This document shows positions 62,052-64,000 of a stretch of DNA of 64,000 bases, piece after piece. A program made the position numbers and the translations under genes. Under the pieces are notes generated by a model. The model searched no databases and was not told the DNA's origin. It was given only the letters and a program-made list of their open reading frames with translations. How positions within the stretch are numbered: position 1 is the stretch's first letter; each line of letters starts with the position of its first letter. This DNA comes from Lama glama (lineage: Eukaryota): contig CM052816.1 of assembly GCA_028534125.1 (NCBI GenBank), forward strand, positions 80,354,001 through 80,418,000. Direction: 5' to 3'.

Positions 62052-64000
62052 GACGTTTCTAGGTTCTTCAGTGACTTCCATGCATGGGGGCAAGGGACGA
62101 GAGGAAGCTAATACTTTCTGCAAACGCACATGCTTCTTCCCGTGTTCGTGATCTTCTAGTCTAAGCACTTGTAGTCAGTACTCTGCAGTCACTTTAAGGC
62201 ATTAGCCCCCTTAACATAGCATTCTTTTAAGAAGCATATGACCTGTGTGATACAAATGAGAAAGCTGACTCTCACAGCAGATCTACAGCTAGTAGATGGA
62301 AGAACCAGAATGTATATGACTCTAAAGCACAAATCCTCTTAGTGTTTAATAATCTTATTTAGAAATGTAAAAAAAAATCTGATTTTAGACATTTGTGCTT
62401 ATTTATCTGCTTAGACTGCAGTAGACTCTACTTAAACATATTTAATTTATTTTTAAGTGTTCTGTAATTCACATTCTTTACAAAATCATTTTTCCAAATT
62501 AGACAAGGCTGTTTTTCTTTTCTAGCACAGACATCATAACTTCTTTTTTCCTGTCACACATGCCGACATTTATTAGACAAACATTCATTAACAAGGCAGG
62601 CACAGAACAGTGCGCAGATCTGTTCTGTAAGCTCTCTCTCCTCCTAGGTGCTCTGCCCCTTCTCTGTATGAAACCGCTCATGCCCAGCAGATGTGGCCAC
62701 ATTCCAAGGCAGGATGTTGTGCAATCAGTGATCCTCCTAATCCCATCACTGGGTGTGGATCTGATGGAGGATTAAGCCCCACATGCCTTGTACATGTTTC
62801 TGATCTTGCTGGAGTCTCATACTTTGCTCATGTAAGAGCAGAGAGGGTTGCTCAATTATCTTAGCAGTTTATACATTTTCAATATCTTTCATTTCTTCAG
62901 TGAGATGACATTTCTAATAATACTCATTGTGCTAATTAACAAGACCCTAAGTTCACAATAATTTTTTTTTTATATATACACTGTGCTAATTAGCAAGGTA
63001 TAGACTGTTGATGGTGACCCAAAGGGTAGGATTAGTGAGAGCCACTCAGGGAATGTGGCTCTTTTTATTTTAATGCAAGCTGACCACCCTTGGGCTGCAC
63101 ATCAAGCATATTGTTAGCTTGGCCAGTCTTGGAATTTAAACTTGAACTCATTGGTGCATACACAATATCACACTAACTAGACTGAAATAGTTTACAGTAA
63201 GTTACAGACTTCATAACACTTGCTCTGGTAAGTACACTGGCCCTAGTTTTGTTTGGATGGGGTGGGAGATGAAGTGCCCTGTGATGATATGAATCTTAAC
63301 TTTGCTGAGCCGAATCCCATTGACTTACACATATTTCTCAATTACGTGTTCTTAATATGACTTTTCAGAATGCAGGGTCCTATCTCCTCCCCTCGTTATT
63401 CACAGGAGTGAGGTAAAGCTCACAGGATTCGGAGGAGTGGGGATGTCGAGCCAGTCAGGTATGTGTAATTTGAAATTTCCAAGCCATCCGGATACCACCC
63501 TCCTCCCCAACCCCACTGCCTCAGTTTCTCCTTCTGGCCAAAACATTCTTTGCACTTATGAATTGCATTGCAAATATTTTCTCAAAATGGTTTCCAGAGT
63601 GATTTCCCAGGACCTCTCAGTCTGAGGAGGAAAGTAAAAACTTTGGCATAACACAACAGTTAATTGTTGTTGCCTTCACATCTGCAAGTTGGCTGGGAGT
63701 GTGTGGGGTGTGACTCTCCTGCGGGCTGAGCTCTCCTGCTCCGTGTATAAGCCTTCCGGGGCTGAGCCGGGGAGGGGCAGCAGCTTTGGGGAAAAACTCT
63801 TTCCAGGGCAACGGCAGAGGTGCCGAAGTGGCATGAGCACCACTGTGCAAGCTTAGTTCTCATGTTCGGTTGCACTGGGTCTGTTTCCATCCCTTTTACC
63901 AAAATAAGTCACGTGGACGAGCCCAAAGTCCAAGAGCAGAGAGGTGTCTCCTCGCTTGGAAATGGAGGGAGAGGGGGAGAATATATTCGAATAACCTAAT

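Larger units (their letters stand above)
12013..64000 (+). other. ADAMTS12: ADAMTS12 intron 2 (partial, >52 kb)
   Basis: Canonical donor at 12013. I found no sequence encoding the expected next exon (roughly TGFFQLPHGDFFIEPV), consistent with the known very long intron 2. Confidence 0.85.

Noticed and set aside
12013..64000. ADAMTS12 exon 3 or a nested gene in intron 2
   Set aside because: No ORF matches the expected downstream prodomain peptide, and no second CpG island or spliced coding structure is evident.

Overview
Mammalian genomic DNA, most likely camelid (alpaca or camel). This is inferred from two tRNA-Ala-derived Vic-1-type SINEs, cetartiodactyl-type L1 3' ends, and no recognisable Alu, Bov-tA, PRE-1 or Can-SINE. 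The window holds the 5' end of ADAMTS12 on the + strand: a CpG-island promoter (~1.0-1.9 kb), coding exon 1 (1518-1644, signal peptide), a 10.0 kb intron 1, coding exon 2 (11651-12012, prodomain with an RRKR furin site), and 52 kb of a very large intron 2 that runs off the end. The rest is intronic and rich in interspersed repeats (L1, L2, MIR, ERV1-type solo LTRs, MaLR LTRs, hAT and Tigger MITEs), with one 500-N assembly gap. Apart from exon 2 and L1 ORF2 remnants, the supplied ORFs look like noise. I found no convincing new multi-gene system. The strongest oddities are: a ~110-bp, ~93%-identical non-TE inverted repeat around a 906-bp spacer; a 'both-ends-only' mini-L1; an apparent L1 3' transduction carrying AP-1 sites inside an LTR; a deeply nested TE stack; a perfect 15-bp-stem hairpin; two uORFs; and an extra prodomain cysteine. 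Repeat family names come from visual recognition, not RepeatMasker or Dfam.
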